A stretch of DNA of 64,000 nt from Planctomycetota bacterium (GCA_038525225.1 JBCBHW010000002.1:488007-552006); one strand, 5' to 3'. Numbered from the stretch's first letter, positions 10,188 through 21,812 are shown. Notes: a model not told the origin generated them from the sequence alone. Translations and numbers: made by a program.

Positions 10188-11117
10188 TCAGAAGCGGAGC
10201 ATGCTCGCGAACTCATCGAAGCGGCTGTTCAGCTGGTCGCCCGTCAGCTGGCTGAGCCGTTCGAGGCTGAAGGTCTCGATGGTGTAGCTGGCCATGACGG
10301 TGCCGTGGGCGAGGGCGGTGCGGAGGGTCTCGAAGTCGAGGTCGGTGTTGGGGAGCGTGGCGAGGTAGCCCATCATGCCACCGGCGAAGGTGTCGCCCGC
10401 GCCGGTTGGGTCAACGACAACCTCGGCCGGGTACGCGGGGAGCGCGCCGATGCCGACCGAGCCGTCGGTCTCGCGGGCGGCGAAGAGACAGCCGTGCTCG
10501 CCCTTCTTGACGACGACGAAGCCGGGGCCCATGTCGAGCAGGTGCTTGGCGGCGGCGACGGTGTTCTTGTGGCCCGTGAACTGCTGGGCCTCATCGAAGT
10601 TGAGCACGAGCCCGTCAACCTTTTTGCAGAGCTCGGTGAGCTCGGGCTTGGCGATCTCGATCCAGAGGTCCATCGTGTCGGCGACGGCGAGCCGGCGGTC
10701 GGGCAGCTGCTCGAGCATGCCGAGCTGGACGGCCGGGTGCGTGTTGGCGAGGAAGATGTGCGTCGAGTCGCGGAAGGAATCGGGGATAGTGGGCGGCGCT
10801 TCTTCGAGCACGTTCAGATCGGTGAACGTGGTGTCGCGCTGGTCCATGTTGTCGTGGTACTTGCCGCCCCAGCGGAAGGTCTTGCTGCCGGCGCGGGTCT
10901 CGAGTCCTTCGAGGCGGATCTTGGCGAAGCTCTCGAGGGTCGAGCGATGCTCAGCCGGGAAGTCCTCGCCCACGACGGCGACGAGTCGCGTGTCGGCGTG
11001 GTGCTGGGCGGCGGCGGCGAAGTAGGCGCACGACCCGCCGAGGACCCCTTCGCGCTTCTCGCCCGCGGGTGTTTCGACGGTATCGATTCCGATGGTTCCG
11101 GTGACAATCAGGCTCAT
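10188..11117 (-). CDS. PfkB-family carbohydrate/nucleoside kinase
   Basis: ORF trimmed to MSLIVTGTIGIDT (ATG at 11117). C-terminal anion-hole motif DPTGAGDTFAGG is typical of the ribokinase/PfkB family. Confidence 0.75.
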   Translation of the reverse strand: MSLIVTGTIGIDTVETPAGEKREGVLGGSCAYFAAAAQHHADTRLVAVVGEDFPAEHRSTLESFAKIRLEGLETRAGSKTFRWGGKYHDNMDQRDTTFTDLNVLEEAPPTIPDSFRDSTHIFLANTHPAVQLGMLEQLPDRRLAVADTMDLWIEIAKPELTELCKKVDGLVLNFDEAQQFTGHKNTVAAAKHLLDMGPGFVVVKKGEHGCLFAARETDGSVGIGALPAYPAEVVVDPTGAGDTFAGGMMGYLATLPNTDLDFETLRTALAHGTVMASYTIETFSLERLSQLTGDQLNSRFDEFASMLRF

Positions 11118-11137
11118 GGGCGACTGTAGCCGGTGTG

Positions 11138-12028
11138 TTAGTCGGCCGAGCGGTCGAGCTGGATCGCGGGCGACCATTCGAGCCACTTGCTTTCAGGTGC
11201 GGGTTCGAGGTCGAACTCGTGGCCCGGCTCGACGACGGGGCCGTGGTCGGTGGGCGTGGCAAAGGCGACGGCGCCGCGGAGGACGGCATCGATCGAGCCG
11301 GCCTCGACGCTGAGGCCCCGGAAGAGGCCGAAGTCGACGCCGACGCCGCTGGCGTCCCAGAAGCGGGAGTCCTCGCGGACGAGGCGTGCGTAGGTCGGAT
11401 CGATGACGGCTTCGACTTCGACGGCTGTCGCATCGTCGGCGAGCTTGACGCCGATGATCCGGCCGACGCGGGTGTTGCGGTAGAGCACGGCCGAGCCTCG
11501 GGTGATGCTGCCGGCGCTTCGCGCGCGGAGGCGGACGAGCAGGCCGTCTTCGGCGGTGACGGGGTCGTCGGGCGCGGAGGCGAGGCCGATGAACTCGCGC
11601 TGCCTGGCTGCGTCGGACGATCGTCCTTCTTCGACGGCGATGTAGCGCGGGCCGATGATCGTGTCGAGGCCCGAGACGCCGCCCAAGCCGACCTCGGGCC
11701 GGACGATCCAGAAGCGGGTGCCCTCAGTCGCGAAGCCCTCGGCGAACGGTGCAAGCTCGGCCTCGACGACGACGGATTCGAAATCGGGCGAGAGCGTGAT
11801 GCCGCGCACGACGCCGATGCTCAGGCCGCGGTGGATCAGGTCGGCGCCGGGCTCAAGGCCGGCGGCGTCCGGGAAGGTAATGGTAATGACGGGACCGCGT
11901 TCCTGGTTGACCTGCACGAACAGGAACGCCGCGAGCACGGCGAGTGCGGCGACGGGGATGAGCCACAGCATGCTCGCGCGGCGGGGCGCGCGTGTGACTT
12001 TGGCGGCAGGCGGGGGCGAGTCGGTCAT
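11138..12028 (-). CDS. MlaD/MCE-domain protein (PqiB-like)
   Basis: C-terminal 296 aa of ORF 11138..12541. N-terminal TM helix (MLWLIPVAALAVLAAFLF) then an MCE-like domain. The ATG at 12028 overlaps the pqiA-like stop as ATGA. Confidence 0.75.
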   Translation of the reverse strand: MTDSPPPAAKVTRAPRRASMLWLIPVAALAVLAAFLFVQVNQERGPVITITFPDAAGLEPGADLIHRGLSIGVVRGITLSPDFESVVVEAELAPFAEGFATEGTRFWIVRPEVGLGGVSGLDTIIGPRYIAVEEGRSSDAARQREFIGLASAPDDPVTAEDGLLVRLRARSAGSITRGSAVLYRNTRVGRIIGVKLADDATAVEVEAVIDPTYARLVREDSRFWDASGVGVDFGLFRGLSVEAGSIDAVLRGAVAFATPTDHGPVVEPGHEFDLEPAPESKWLEWSPAIQLDRSAD

Positions 12029-12624
12029 TCGTCGTCTTCCCAGATGGCGTGCGGGTCGAAGGACATGGAGGCGAGCAGGTTGAGGATGACGACGAGGCCA
12101 AAGACGAGCACGCCGGGGCCGGCGGTGACCTCGACCAGATCGCCGAGCTTGACGGCCGCGACGAGCACGGCCACGAGCAGGACGTCGAGCATCCCCCACC
12201 GCCCGATGAGCTCGACGGCGTGGTAGGTCGCCGAGCGTGCGCCCGCAGACAGTCTGCGCCCGCCGAGGCTGAGCGTGAAGAGCGCGGCGAGCTTGGCGAC
12301 GGGCGCGACGAGCGAGAAGAAGAGGACGGTCAGGCCCACGCCGTAGTCGCCGTTGGCGAGCATCTTGACGGTGCCCGACCAGATGGAAGCGACGGACTCG
12401 TGGCCCAGGCGTTCGAGCGTCATGACGGGGAGCGTGATCGCGGGGACAAAGAGAATCAGCGCGGCGGCGGCGAGTGCGGCGGTGCGGCTCTCGCTTGCTG
12501 GGTGCGTGCCGTGGCGGATGACCGAGCTGCAGCGGGTGCATCGGGCGACGTGCTTGGGCGGGACGTCGGCGACGGTGTGAACGAGGCCGCAGGTGGCGCA
12601 GGCGCGGAGGGGAGGCATGAGCAC
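12025..12624 (-). CDS. paraquat-inducible protein A-like membrane protein
   Basis: 199 aa. N-terminal CxxC...CxxC zinc ribbon (CATCG...CTRCS) followed by TM helices. Translationally coupled to the downstream MCE gene. Confidence 0.75.
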   Translation of the reverse strand: MLMPPLRACATCGLVHTVADVPPKHVARCTRCSSVIRHGTHPASESRTAALAAAALILFVPAITLPVMTLERLGHESVASIWSGTVKMLANGDYGVGLTVLFFSLVAPVAKLAALFTLSLGGRRLSAGARSATYHAVELIGRWGMLDVLLVAVLVAAVKLGDLVEVTAGPGVLVFGLVVILNLLASMSFDPHAIWEDDE

Positions 12625-12646
12625 AGTCTACTGATTGGGCACGCGA

Positions 12647-13885
12647 TCAGTCTGGTTGCGGCGTTGCGTCAGGGAGGCACTCGCGGAGGCGCCTCCATCG
12701 TTCGATCGTGGCCTCATCGATTTCCTCGCGGAGCTTCGAGACCGGATCTTGGTCATCGTGAAAGCTGTGACGCCAACGAGCCATGTAGCCCTCAACGCCA
12801 TTTGGGAACGACAGTGATCCCCATCGCTCGCACTCTCGGACGAGATCCCCGTCATAAGGGCCGGCGTATGCGTCCATCGCGTGGTCCGGAAAGTCAGGAG
12901 AGACATCGGAGATCGAGCAGATGTGTCGGGTTCTGATGTCCATGGGATCAGAGAACACCTCGATGGCGTCGCGTGTAATCGGCGGGATCGGCCAACTGTC
13001 GCGCGAGTAACCGGGCATGATGCCGATCGGACGCCATCGGCCGTAGCGACACTCCCACGAGTTTGTATCGAAAAACCGCACCACCCTCGACTCACCCATG
13101 GTTTCAACGGCATCCGCATCAAACGGGTCAGGTGACCAGTAATCGAGCCCCAGCAAGACAAGGCTCTGAACCTGCCGATCCGGCTTCGCTCGGGCAACAA
13201 GCAGCACGCCGTAGCCTCCGCCCTGCATCGGGAACTCGATCAGATCTCCTTCTTCGACCTGGCGTGTGTACACCTCGCCGTCGCGATGCGTCGCGGACGC
13301 GAGCAACGACGCACGCGTGCGTCGCCAGTGGTCGACCACGGCAGCGTCGACCTTCTCGAATCCAATCACGCCGTCCCACGCCCCGGGACGGCGGCCGGTC
13401 TGGCTATCAACGAGAGCTTTCTCGAATGGCGCAGGCGTCGGCGCCATCTGGATCTCGCAGAGCCCGTCAGCATCGGCTTCATCGACCTGACAACAGGCCA
13501 GCAGCCGCATGCTGCCATCGTCTGCGAAGACCTCGGCAGCGAGTGCGTAGGGCTCATCGTCGTCCCAGCCCCGCTTGCACGGGTCGGCCGGGATGGGCCA
13601 GGCATCGGAATCGAAGTTCTCGATGGGCCCAAGCGGCTTCCATCGTTCGGCTTTGAATGGACGCAGACCGACGAAGCCGTGCCAGCAGGCCCCCCATTCT
13701 CCGAGGGGCGGGATCTCCCTGACCATCTCAAGCTCTTCAACCGGATCGGGGTGCACATAGCAGTAGCACGTTGGGAACTGTGTCTTCACGCTCGGCACGC
13801 GAGTAACGATGCACCGAAAGAACCCGACCTTGGTTGGGATCGCCCAGAGCGTGCCCTGCTGAGGGTGTGCCGGCTTCTTTACCAT
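12647..13885 (-). CDS. hypothetical protein with an internal tandem duplication (Trp/Pro-rich 'WPIP' motifs)
   Basis: 412-aa ORF with coding-like GC3. The two halves share the pattern ...RW(K/R)P(L/I)G(P/I)...D(A/S)WPIP(A/P). Confidence 0.5.
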   Translation of the reverse strand: MVKKPAHPQQGTLWAIPTKVGFFRCIVTRVPSVKTQFPTCYCYVHPDPVEELEMVREIPPLGEWGACWHGFVGLRPFKAERWKPLGPIENFDSDAWPIPADPCKRGWDDDEPYALAAEVFADDGSMRLLACCQVDEADADGLCEIQMAPTPAPFEKALVDSQTGRRPGAWDGVIGFEKVDAAVVDHWRRTRASLLASATHRDGEVYTRQVEEGDLIEFPMQGGGYGVLLVARAKPDRQVQSLVLLGLDYWSPDPFDADAVETMGESRVVRFFDTNSWECRYGRWRPIGIMPGYSRDSWPIPPITRDAIEVFSDPMDIRTRHICSISDVSPDFPDHAMDAYAGPYDGDLVRECERWGSLSFPNGVEGYMARWRHSFHDDQDPVSKLREEIDEATIERWRRLRECLPDATPQPD

Positions 13886-13894
13886 AAACTGAGC

Positions 13895-15745
<1,851 letters not shown>

Positions 15746-15776
15746 GGTCCGCGATGATAGTTCTGCCGCGATCCTG

Positions 15777-16388
15777 TCATTCGGTTGGCATCGGCTCGAC
15801 GCGAAGGCCCATCGCGGCCGCGAAGACGTCGGCCTGCTCGGGCGCGATCACGGCGCCCCGCAGCAGGTCGGGGTGGACGACGATGCCCTCGACCCGCGAG
15901 CCGCGGACGTCGGTCTGGCCGAGCTTGCTGGAGGCGAACCGGGTCTGGCGGAGGTCGCACTTTCGGAAGACGACGCCGGCGAGGGTGGCCTCGTCGAAGT
16001 CGCACTCGCGGAGGTCGCAGTTCTCGAACCAGCAGCGTTCGAGTGTGGTGCCGAAGGCGCGGGCGAGGGAGATCTGGCAGTCCGTGCAGCGAAGGTCGCG
16101 GAGTGTCGCGCCGGAGACGTCGATGCCGACGAGCCGGCAGTCGTGGAGTTCGACGCGGGTGGCGACGAGGTCGGTGCAGCGCGTGTTCGACAGGTCGCAC
16201 GCGCGGATCGTGGCATCGCGGAGACGTTTGACGCTGAACTCCGCGTCAGCCCGGCATCGCTGGAACGAGACATCGGTTTCTTCGGTGTCGTTGCCGATCA
16301 GCTGGTCGGCAACCATGCGTTCGGCGGGCGCGGGCGCTTCGATGTCGTCGCGGGTCAGCGGTGCTCGCATGCGCAGAGCGTACCGCAA
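15777..16388 (-). CDS. pentapeptide-repeat protein
   Basis: Repeated A(D/N)LxG/C pentads (e.g. DLRCTDCQISLARAFGTTLERCWFENCDLRECDFDEATL). Confidence 0.7.
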   Translation of the reverse strand: MRYALRMRAPLTRDDIEAPAPAERMVADQLIGNDTEETDVSFQRCRADAEFSVKRLRDATIRACDLSNTRCTDLVATRVELHDCRLVGIDVSGATLRDLRCTDCQISLARAFGTTLERCWFENCDLRECDFDEATLAGVVFRKCDLRQTRFASSKLGQTDVRGSRVEGIVVHPDLLRGAVIAPEQADVFAAAMGLRVEPMPTE

Positions 16389-16400
16389 ACGTCCGCCGGC

Positions 16401-17519
16401 TTAGGCGTTCGCTGCCTCGAGCGACGGGTAATCGGTGTAGCCCTGCTCGGTTCCGCTGTAAAACGTCTCCTGGTTCCACTCGTTGTACGGCCCGTCCTGC
16501 GCGATTCTCGCGGGCAGGTCGGGGTTCGAGATGAACAGCTTGCCGAAGGCGATGGCGTCGGCCTTGCCGTCGGCAACACGCTGCTCGCCTTGCTCGGCAT
16601 CGAGCCCGCCGTTGCCGATGTAGATCGAGCCCCCGGCGTCCTTGAACCTCGCGGCGATCGAGGCGTGCACGCGGTCGTTCTCGGCGTCCCGCGGCTGGTC
16701 GCCGAAGGACTCGACAGCGTGCAGGTAGGCCAGCCCGAGCTTGCCGAGACCGGCAGCGAGCTCGCCGAAGGTTGCTTCGGGCGCGGAATCGGTGAGGTCG
16801 TTGAATTGGCCCAGCGGGCTGACGCGGTAGCCGACCCGGCCCGCGCCCCACACATCGACTACTGCGTGAGCGACTTCGAGCGGGAAGCGGATGCGGTTCT
16901 CGATCGAGCCGCCGTACTGGTCGTCACGCTTGTTGACGCCGTCGCGTGTGAATTGATCGAGCAGGTAGCCGTTGGCGCCGTGGATCTCGACGCCGTCGAA
17001 CCCGGCGCGCTTGGCGTTCTCGGCGGCGCGGCGGAAGTCATCAACGATGCCGGCGATCTCATCGGTTTCGAGCGCGCGGGGCTCGGAGACCTGGACCATG
17101 CCCGACTCCTTGCTGGTGTAGGTCTGGCTGCTGGCCCTGAGCGCCGAGGGGGCAACTGGCGCGGAGCCGTCGGGCTGGAGATCAGTGTGGCTGATCCGGC
17201 CCACGTGCCAGAGCTGGAGCACGATCCGGCCGCCGGCGGCGTGCACGGCATCGGTGACCTGCTTCCAGCCCGTGACCTGTTCGTCGGAGTGAATGCCGGG
17301 CGTGAAGGCGTACCCCTTGCCCTGCGGCGAGATCTGCGTGGCCTCGGAGATGATCAGCCCGGCACCGGCTCGCTGGGCGTAGTACACGGCGTTCATATCT
17401 TGCGGCACGTCACCAGGCTGGGCGCTGCGGCTGCGGGTCAGCGGGGCCATGAAGACGCGGTTCGGGGCCTCGATGTCGCCGAACGTGATCGGGCTGAGTA
17501 GGTTGTGATGCGTCGGCAT
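16401..17519 (-). CDS. Old Yellow Enzyme family NADH:flavin oxidoreductase (alkene reductase)
   Basis: ORF trimmed to MPTHHNLLSPITFGD (ATG at 17519). AAGGAG lies 7 nt upstream. OYE TIM-barrel signature PLTR...HAAHGYL-like. Confidence 0.85.
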   Translation of the reverse strand: MPTHHNLLSPITFGDIEAPNRVFMAPLTRSRSAQPGDVPQDMNAVYYAQRAGAGLIISEATQISPQGKGYAFTPGIHSDEQVTGWKQVTDAVHAAGGRIVLQLWHVGRISHTDLQPDGSAPVAPSALRASSQTYTSKESGMVQVSEPRALETDEIAGIVDDFRRAAENAKRAGFDGVEIHGANGYLLDQFTRDGVNKRDDQYGGSIENRIRFPLEVAHAVVDVWGAGRVGYRVSPLGQFNDLTDSAPEATFGELAAGLGKLGLAYLHAVESFGDQPRDAENDRVHASIAARFKDAGGSIYIGNGGLDAEQGEQRVADGKADAIAFGKLFISNPDLPARIAQDGPYNEWNQETFYSGTEQGYTDYPSLEAANA

Positions 17520-17604
17520 GGGTGTGTCTCCTTTGGGTGCGTGTCCGAGTCGAACCAAGCCAAGCCAACCGGCATTCCAGAATCTAGAACGATAGTTCCA
17601 TTAT

Positions 17605-19308
17605 TTATGCTTTACTGCTGACAGCCGCGAGTAAGCGGTCAATCCGTGAGAGCGCTCGGTCGCGCCCCAGAGACGACAGCGTCACGCCCAGCGGGGGGCT
17701 GACGGCGCTGCCTGTGAGGGCGACGCGGATGGGCTGGGCAAGTTTGCCAAGCTTGGTTTCGCGCGATTCGCAGAACGACGCGGCGAGCGCCTCGATCGCG
17801 TCGGGCGTGAAGTCGGTGAGCGTGTTCAGCTCATCGCGGAACGCGGCGAGCAGCGCCAGCCCCGATGGCTCGCCCTTGAGCACGTGCTTTTTGACGGCCT
17901 TGTCGTCGTGCTCGATCGAATCGTCATCGGCGAACAGGAACGCGATCGGCTGGCGGCACTCGCTTAGGACGGCCGCCCGCTGCTGGATCGCCGGCGCGAG
18001 CATGAGCATTGTCTCGGCCGACAGCTCGGTCAGGATCGCCTGGTCATACCGCTCGGCCCACGTGCGCCACGCGAGCACCAACTCGGCCGGCTCCATCGCC
18101 TGGATCGTGTCGAAGTTGAACGCCCGCAGCTTGTCGCGGTCGAACTTGCTGGCGGTCTTGCCGACGCGGTCGAAGGCGAAGTGCTGGTCGAGGTAGGCTC
18201 GGCCGAAGCGTTCGAGGTCCTTGCCGTCGTCGGTTTTGACGCCGGGGTTCCAGCCGAGCAGGGCGATGTAGTTGATGACGACGTCGGGCAGGTAGCCGGA
18301 CCTGCGGAAATCCTCGACGTCGATCTCGGGCAGCTCGACCTGTAGCTGGGTTGCGATGGCGATCAGGCGATCCTGCGGCAGCTGAACGGTCTTGTCTTTG
18401 AGCCACTTGGCGAAGTGCTTCTGCTCGTCGGCGCTGCCGGCGTTTGCGAGGGCCTCCTGCACACCCGCGGCCTGCTTGACCGCGGCGCGGACGGCCTTGT
18501 CCTTGTCGCGCTTGCTCATCTTCGAGCCGTCGGGGTTGAAGATCAGCGGCAGGTGCGCGAACGTGGGTTCCCCGAAACCGAGCGCCTTCATCAAGGCGAT
18601 GTGGCGGGGCGTGTTGTTGAGGTGCTCCTGGCCTCGCACGACGTGGGTGACGCCCATCTCGTGATCGTCGACGACGACAGCGAAGTGGTAGGTGGGAAAG
18701 CCGTCTTTCTTGCGGATGACCAGGTCGTCGAGCTCTTCGTAGGGGAAGGTCACCTCGCCGAGGATCTGGTCGTGCACGGTCACGGGCTCGGGCGGCATCT
18801 TGAAGCGGAGCACGTGCTCGTCGGTCTCGGCACGGTTGAGCGCCGCGGCGTGGTCGTAGCCGTCGGGCTGGCGGTAGATGAAGGTCTTCTTCTCCGCCTC
18901 GGCGGCCTTGCGCATTGCGGCGAGCTCGTCGGGGGTTTCGAAGGCCGGGTAGGCCAGTTCCGCGTCGAGCAGCTGCTTGAAGAAGCGGTCGTAGTGCTCA
19001 CGGCGTTGGGACTGGTGGAAGGGGCCAACGCTGCGTGCGTCGCCGCCGAAGCTGCCTGCTGGGGTGGCGTGTTCTGGGCCGTCGTCCCAGCCGATGCCGA
19101 GCCAGGCGAGGTCTTCGAGGATGCCCACGGCTGCGGCCTCGCTCGATCGTTTCTGGTCGGTGTCTTCGATGCGCAGGACGAATCGGCCCGACTGGCCTCG
19201 GGCGTAGGCGGCGCAGAAGAGGGCGGTGCGGGCGCCGCCGATGTGGAGGTGGCCCGTGGGGCTCGGGGCGAAGCGTGTGACGGGCAGGTTTGCTGGCTGG
19301 TCGGACAT
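17605..19308 (-). CDS. gltX: glutamate--tRNA ligase
   Basis: RFAPSPTGHLHIGGARTALF (HIGH motif) and KMSKR. 567 aa. Confidence 0.9.
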   Translation of the reverse strand: MSDQPANLPVTRFAPSPTGHLHIGGARTALFCAAYARGQSGRFVLRIEDTDQKRSSEAAAVGILEDLAWLGIGWDDGPEHATPAGSFGGDARSVGPFHQSQRREHYDRFFKQLLDAELAYPAFETPDELAAMRKAAEAEKKTFIYRQPDGYDHAAALNRAETDEHVLRFKMPPEPVTVHDQILGEVTFPYEELDDLVIRKKDGFPTYHFAVVVDDHEMGVTHVVRGQEHLNNTPRHIALMKALGFGEPTFAHLPLIFNPDGSKMSKRDKDKAVRAAVKQAAGVQEALANAGSADEQKHFAKWLKDKTVQLPQDRLIAIATQLQVELPEIDVEDFRRSGYLPDVVINYIALLGWNPGVKTDDGKDLERFGRAYLDQHFAFDRVGKTASKFDRDKLRAFNFDTIQAMEPAELVLAWRTWAERYDQAILTELSAETMLMLAPAIQQRAAVLSECRQPIAFLFADDDSIEHDDKAVKKHVLKGEPSGLALLAAFRDELNTLTDFTPDAIEALAASFCESRETKLGKLAQPIRVALTGSAVSPPLGVTLSSLGRDRALSRIDRLLAAVSSKA

Positions 19309-19354
19309 GCCGCACGGTATCCGGCGTGGGTGTCTCGGCGCGGGCTTCGCGATT

Positions 19355-19363
19355 TGGTATAGT
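19355..19363 (+). promoter_or_regulatory. candidate extended -10 element (TGgTATAGT) followed by a GGAGG-attt-CCTCC hairpin in the ~140-nt leader of the EF-G-like gene
   Basis: A TGnTATAAT-like string sits in an otherwise GC-rich 198-bp divergent intergenic region. Purely sequence-based. Confidence 0.25.
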
Positions 19364-19506
19364 GGACAGGTTCGGAGGATTTCCCTCCCAGCGACATCTC
19401 ACCCGGGCCGATGCGCCCATCCGCGCTGTGCGTCAACGGCGCGACCATCCGATCGGCCCACAGGCCTCGCCTTCAAGAACGCGGGGACGAAAGGAGCGCC
19501 GAAACG

Positions 19507-21612
19507 ATGGCCACTCAAGCTCACGCTGGTGCACGCGCCGCCGAGGAAATCCGAAACGTGGCGCTGGTCGGCCAGGGTGGTTCGGGGAAGACCACCCTCA
19601 CCGAGCGGCTCCTTTTCGATGCCGGCGTGATCCAGCGAATGGGCACGGTCGAGGATGGCAACACCGTCAGCGACTTCACCGAAGAAGAGCACCACCACCA
19701 CCACTCGCTGGGTCTCGCGATGACCCACTTCGAGACCGAGAGCCGGCTGTCGGGCCGCAAGGTCCTGGTGAATCTGCTCGACACGCCGGGCATGACGGAC
19801 TTTCTTGGTCACGCGATCGCCGCGCTGCCGGCGGTTGACACCGTCGCGGTCGTGATCGACCCGGCCAAGGGCATCGGCACGGTGACCCGGCGCATGTTCG
19901 CGATCGCAAAGGACCGCAACCTGCCGCGGTGCATCATCGTCGATAAGATTGACGAGAGCGGCATCGACCTCGCAGCGACTGTCGAGCAGATCCGCGAGCA
20001 GTTTGGGACCGAGTGCCTGCCCATTAACCTGCCGGCCGGCGACGGGGTCGTGAACGTATTCGAGCACGAGCATGCCGAGGGCGTGGAGCCCGGGTTCTCG
20101 TCGGTCGAAGAGGCGCACCAGCAGATTCTTGAGCAGGTCGTCGAGGTGAACGACGAGCTGACCGAGACGTACTTCGAGGGCGGCCAGCTCGACCCGAAGA
20201 AGCTGCACGAGGCTTTCGAAGAGTGCCTGCGTCAGGGTCACCTCGTTCCGATCTGCTTCTGCTCGGCCAAGACCGGCGCGGGCATCGACGATCTGTCGCA
20301 TGTGATCGCCGACTACCTGCCCAGCCCGCTCGAGGGGAACCCGAGGCCCTTCGTCAACGAAGACGACGACGGCAACGAGACCGATTACCCGCACACGCCC
20401 GATGCCGGGAAGCCGCTGCTCGCGCACGTGTTCAAGGTCAAGGCGGATGCACACTTCGGCAAGCTCGGCGTGTTTCGCGTGCACCAGGGCACGATCAAGG
20501 CCAAGGACGAGGTGTTCATCGGGGCGAACAAGAAGGCCGTGCGTATTGCGCACCTTTACAAGCGGCAGGGGGCGAAGTCGATCGAGGTCGATGCGCTCGA
20601 GCCGGGCGATATCGGGGCGATCGCCAAGATTGATGATGTTCACTTCGGGTCGGTTTTGCACGGTGATCACGACGCGGACCGCGTGCATCTCAAGAAGCTG
20701 CCAATGCCCAAGCCGATGTTTGGGCTCGCGATCGAGCTCAAGAACCACAAGGACGAGAGCAAGTTTGCGCCGGCCACGCACAAGATGATGGAGGAGGATC
20801 CGTGCCTGGTCATCGAGCGTGTCGAGGCGACGGCCGAGACCGTGATGCGAGGGCTGGGCGAGCTGCACCTGCGCGTCGTGCGCGAGAAGCTGCACGAGCA
20901 GTACGGCATCGAGGTCGAGACCGCGCCGCCCAAGGTGGCGTACAAGGAGACGATCACAGGCTCGGCCGAGGCGACGCACCGGCACAAGAAGCAGTCCGGC
21001 GGCTCGGGCGAGTTCGGCGAGGTGCATCTGAGAGTGTCACCGATGGAGATCGATGCGACGCTCGGCGACGAGCCGACGTTTGAATTTGTCAACGCAACCG
21101 TGGGCGGTTCGATCCCCAAGCAGTTCATGCCGGCGATCGAGAAGGGCGTGCGGGAGGTGCTGAAGACCGGGGCGTTCGCGGGCTATCCGCTCACGGGTGT
21201 TCGCGTCGAGGTCTTTGACGGCAAGCACCACCCGGTGGACTCGAAAGAGGTCGCGTTCATCAAGGCCGGCAAGCGGGCGTTCATCGAGGCGGTCAACAAG
21301 GCCCGGCCCACGCTGCTCGAGCCTTTCGTGCATCTCGAGGTCACGGCGCCGAGCTCGTCTATGGGCGACATCACTGGCGACCTGTCGACGAAGCGAGGGC
21401 GGGTGCAGGACACCGACATGCTCGGGGCCGACATCGTGATCGTGAAGGCCGAGGCGCCGCTGAGTGAGCTGCAGAACTACTCGACGATGCTCAAGAGCAT
21501 GACGGGCGGGGCCGGCAGCTACACGATGGATTTCAGTCACACGGAGCAGACGCCGCCGAACGTGCAGCAGGAGGTGATGGCCAGCTTCGCGGGGCACGGT
21601 GACGAGGACTGA
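19507..21612 (+). CDS. elongation factor G-like translational GTPase paralog with degenerate GTPase motifs
   Basis: ORF 19411..21612, trimmed to MATQAH (ATG at 19507). AAAGGAG lies 12 nt upstream. Five-domain EF-G architecture, 701 aa. P-loop is GQGGSGKTT. G3 is DTPGMTDF (Met in place of the catalytic His). G4 is VDKID. Confidence 0.8.
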   Translation: MATQAHAGARAAEEIRNVALVGQGGSGKTTLTERLLFDAGVIQRMGTVEDGNTVSDFTEEEHHHHHSLGLAMTHFETESRLSGRKVLVNLLDTPGMTDFLGHAIAALPAVDTVAVVIDPAKGIGTVTRRMFAIAKDRNLPRCIIVDKIDESGIDLAATVEQIREQFGTECLPINLPAGDGVVNVFEHEHAEGVEPGFSSVEEAHQQILEQVVEVNDELTETYFEGGQLDPKKLHEAFEECLRQGHLVPICFCSAKTGAGIDDLSHVIADYLPSPLEGNPRPFVNEDDDGNETDYPHTPDAGKPLLAHVFKVKADAHFGKLGVFRVHQGTIKAKDEVFIGANKKAVRIAHLYKRQGAKSIEVDALEPGDIGAIAKIDDVHFGSVLHGDHDADRVHLKKLPMPKPMFGLAIELKNHKDESKFAPATHKMMEEDPCLVIERVEATAETVMRGLGELHLRVVREKLHEQYGIEVETAPPKVAYKETITGSAEATHRHKKQSGGSGEFGEVHLRVSPMEIDATLGDEPTFEFVNATVGGSIPKQFMPAIEKGVREVLKTGAFAGYPLTGVRVEVFDGKHHPVDSKEVAFIKAGKRAFIEAVNKARPTLLEPFVHLEVTAPSSSMGDITGDLSTKRGRVQDTDMLGADIVIVKAEAPLSELQNYSTMLKSMTGGAGSYTMDFSHTEQTPPNVQQEVMASFAGHGDED

Positions 21613-21648
21613 TCACTTTCGATCGCACTGATAGCCGTTGACGAGCCC

Positions 21649-21698
21649 GAAGCCCAAGCGAGGCACTGGTATACCAAGCCACACCTCGCTTGCGCTTC
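21649..21698. repeat. imperfect inverted repeat/hairpin element, copy 1
   Basis: Arms are gaagcCcaagcgagg and cctcgcttgcgcttc (15-bp stem, one mismatch) around a 20-nt loop. It lies 37 nt after the EF-G-like stop. The stem sequence recurs at 23445..23497. Confidence 0.5.
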
Positions 21699-21812
21699 AG
21701 CCTCGTCGACGCAACGTCCGAGAATGTCGGTGGTTTGCTCCGGTTTACCGCGGGTGCATGTTGAAGTCTGGCGCTCTACACTGCCCCTCGACCGACGGAG
21801 GCCTTACGACGC

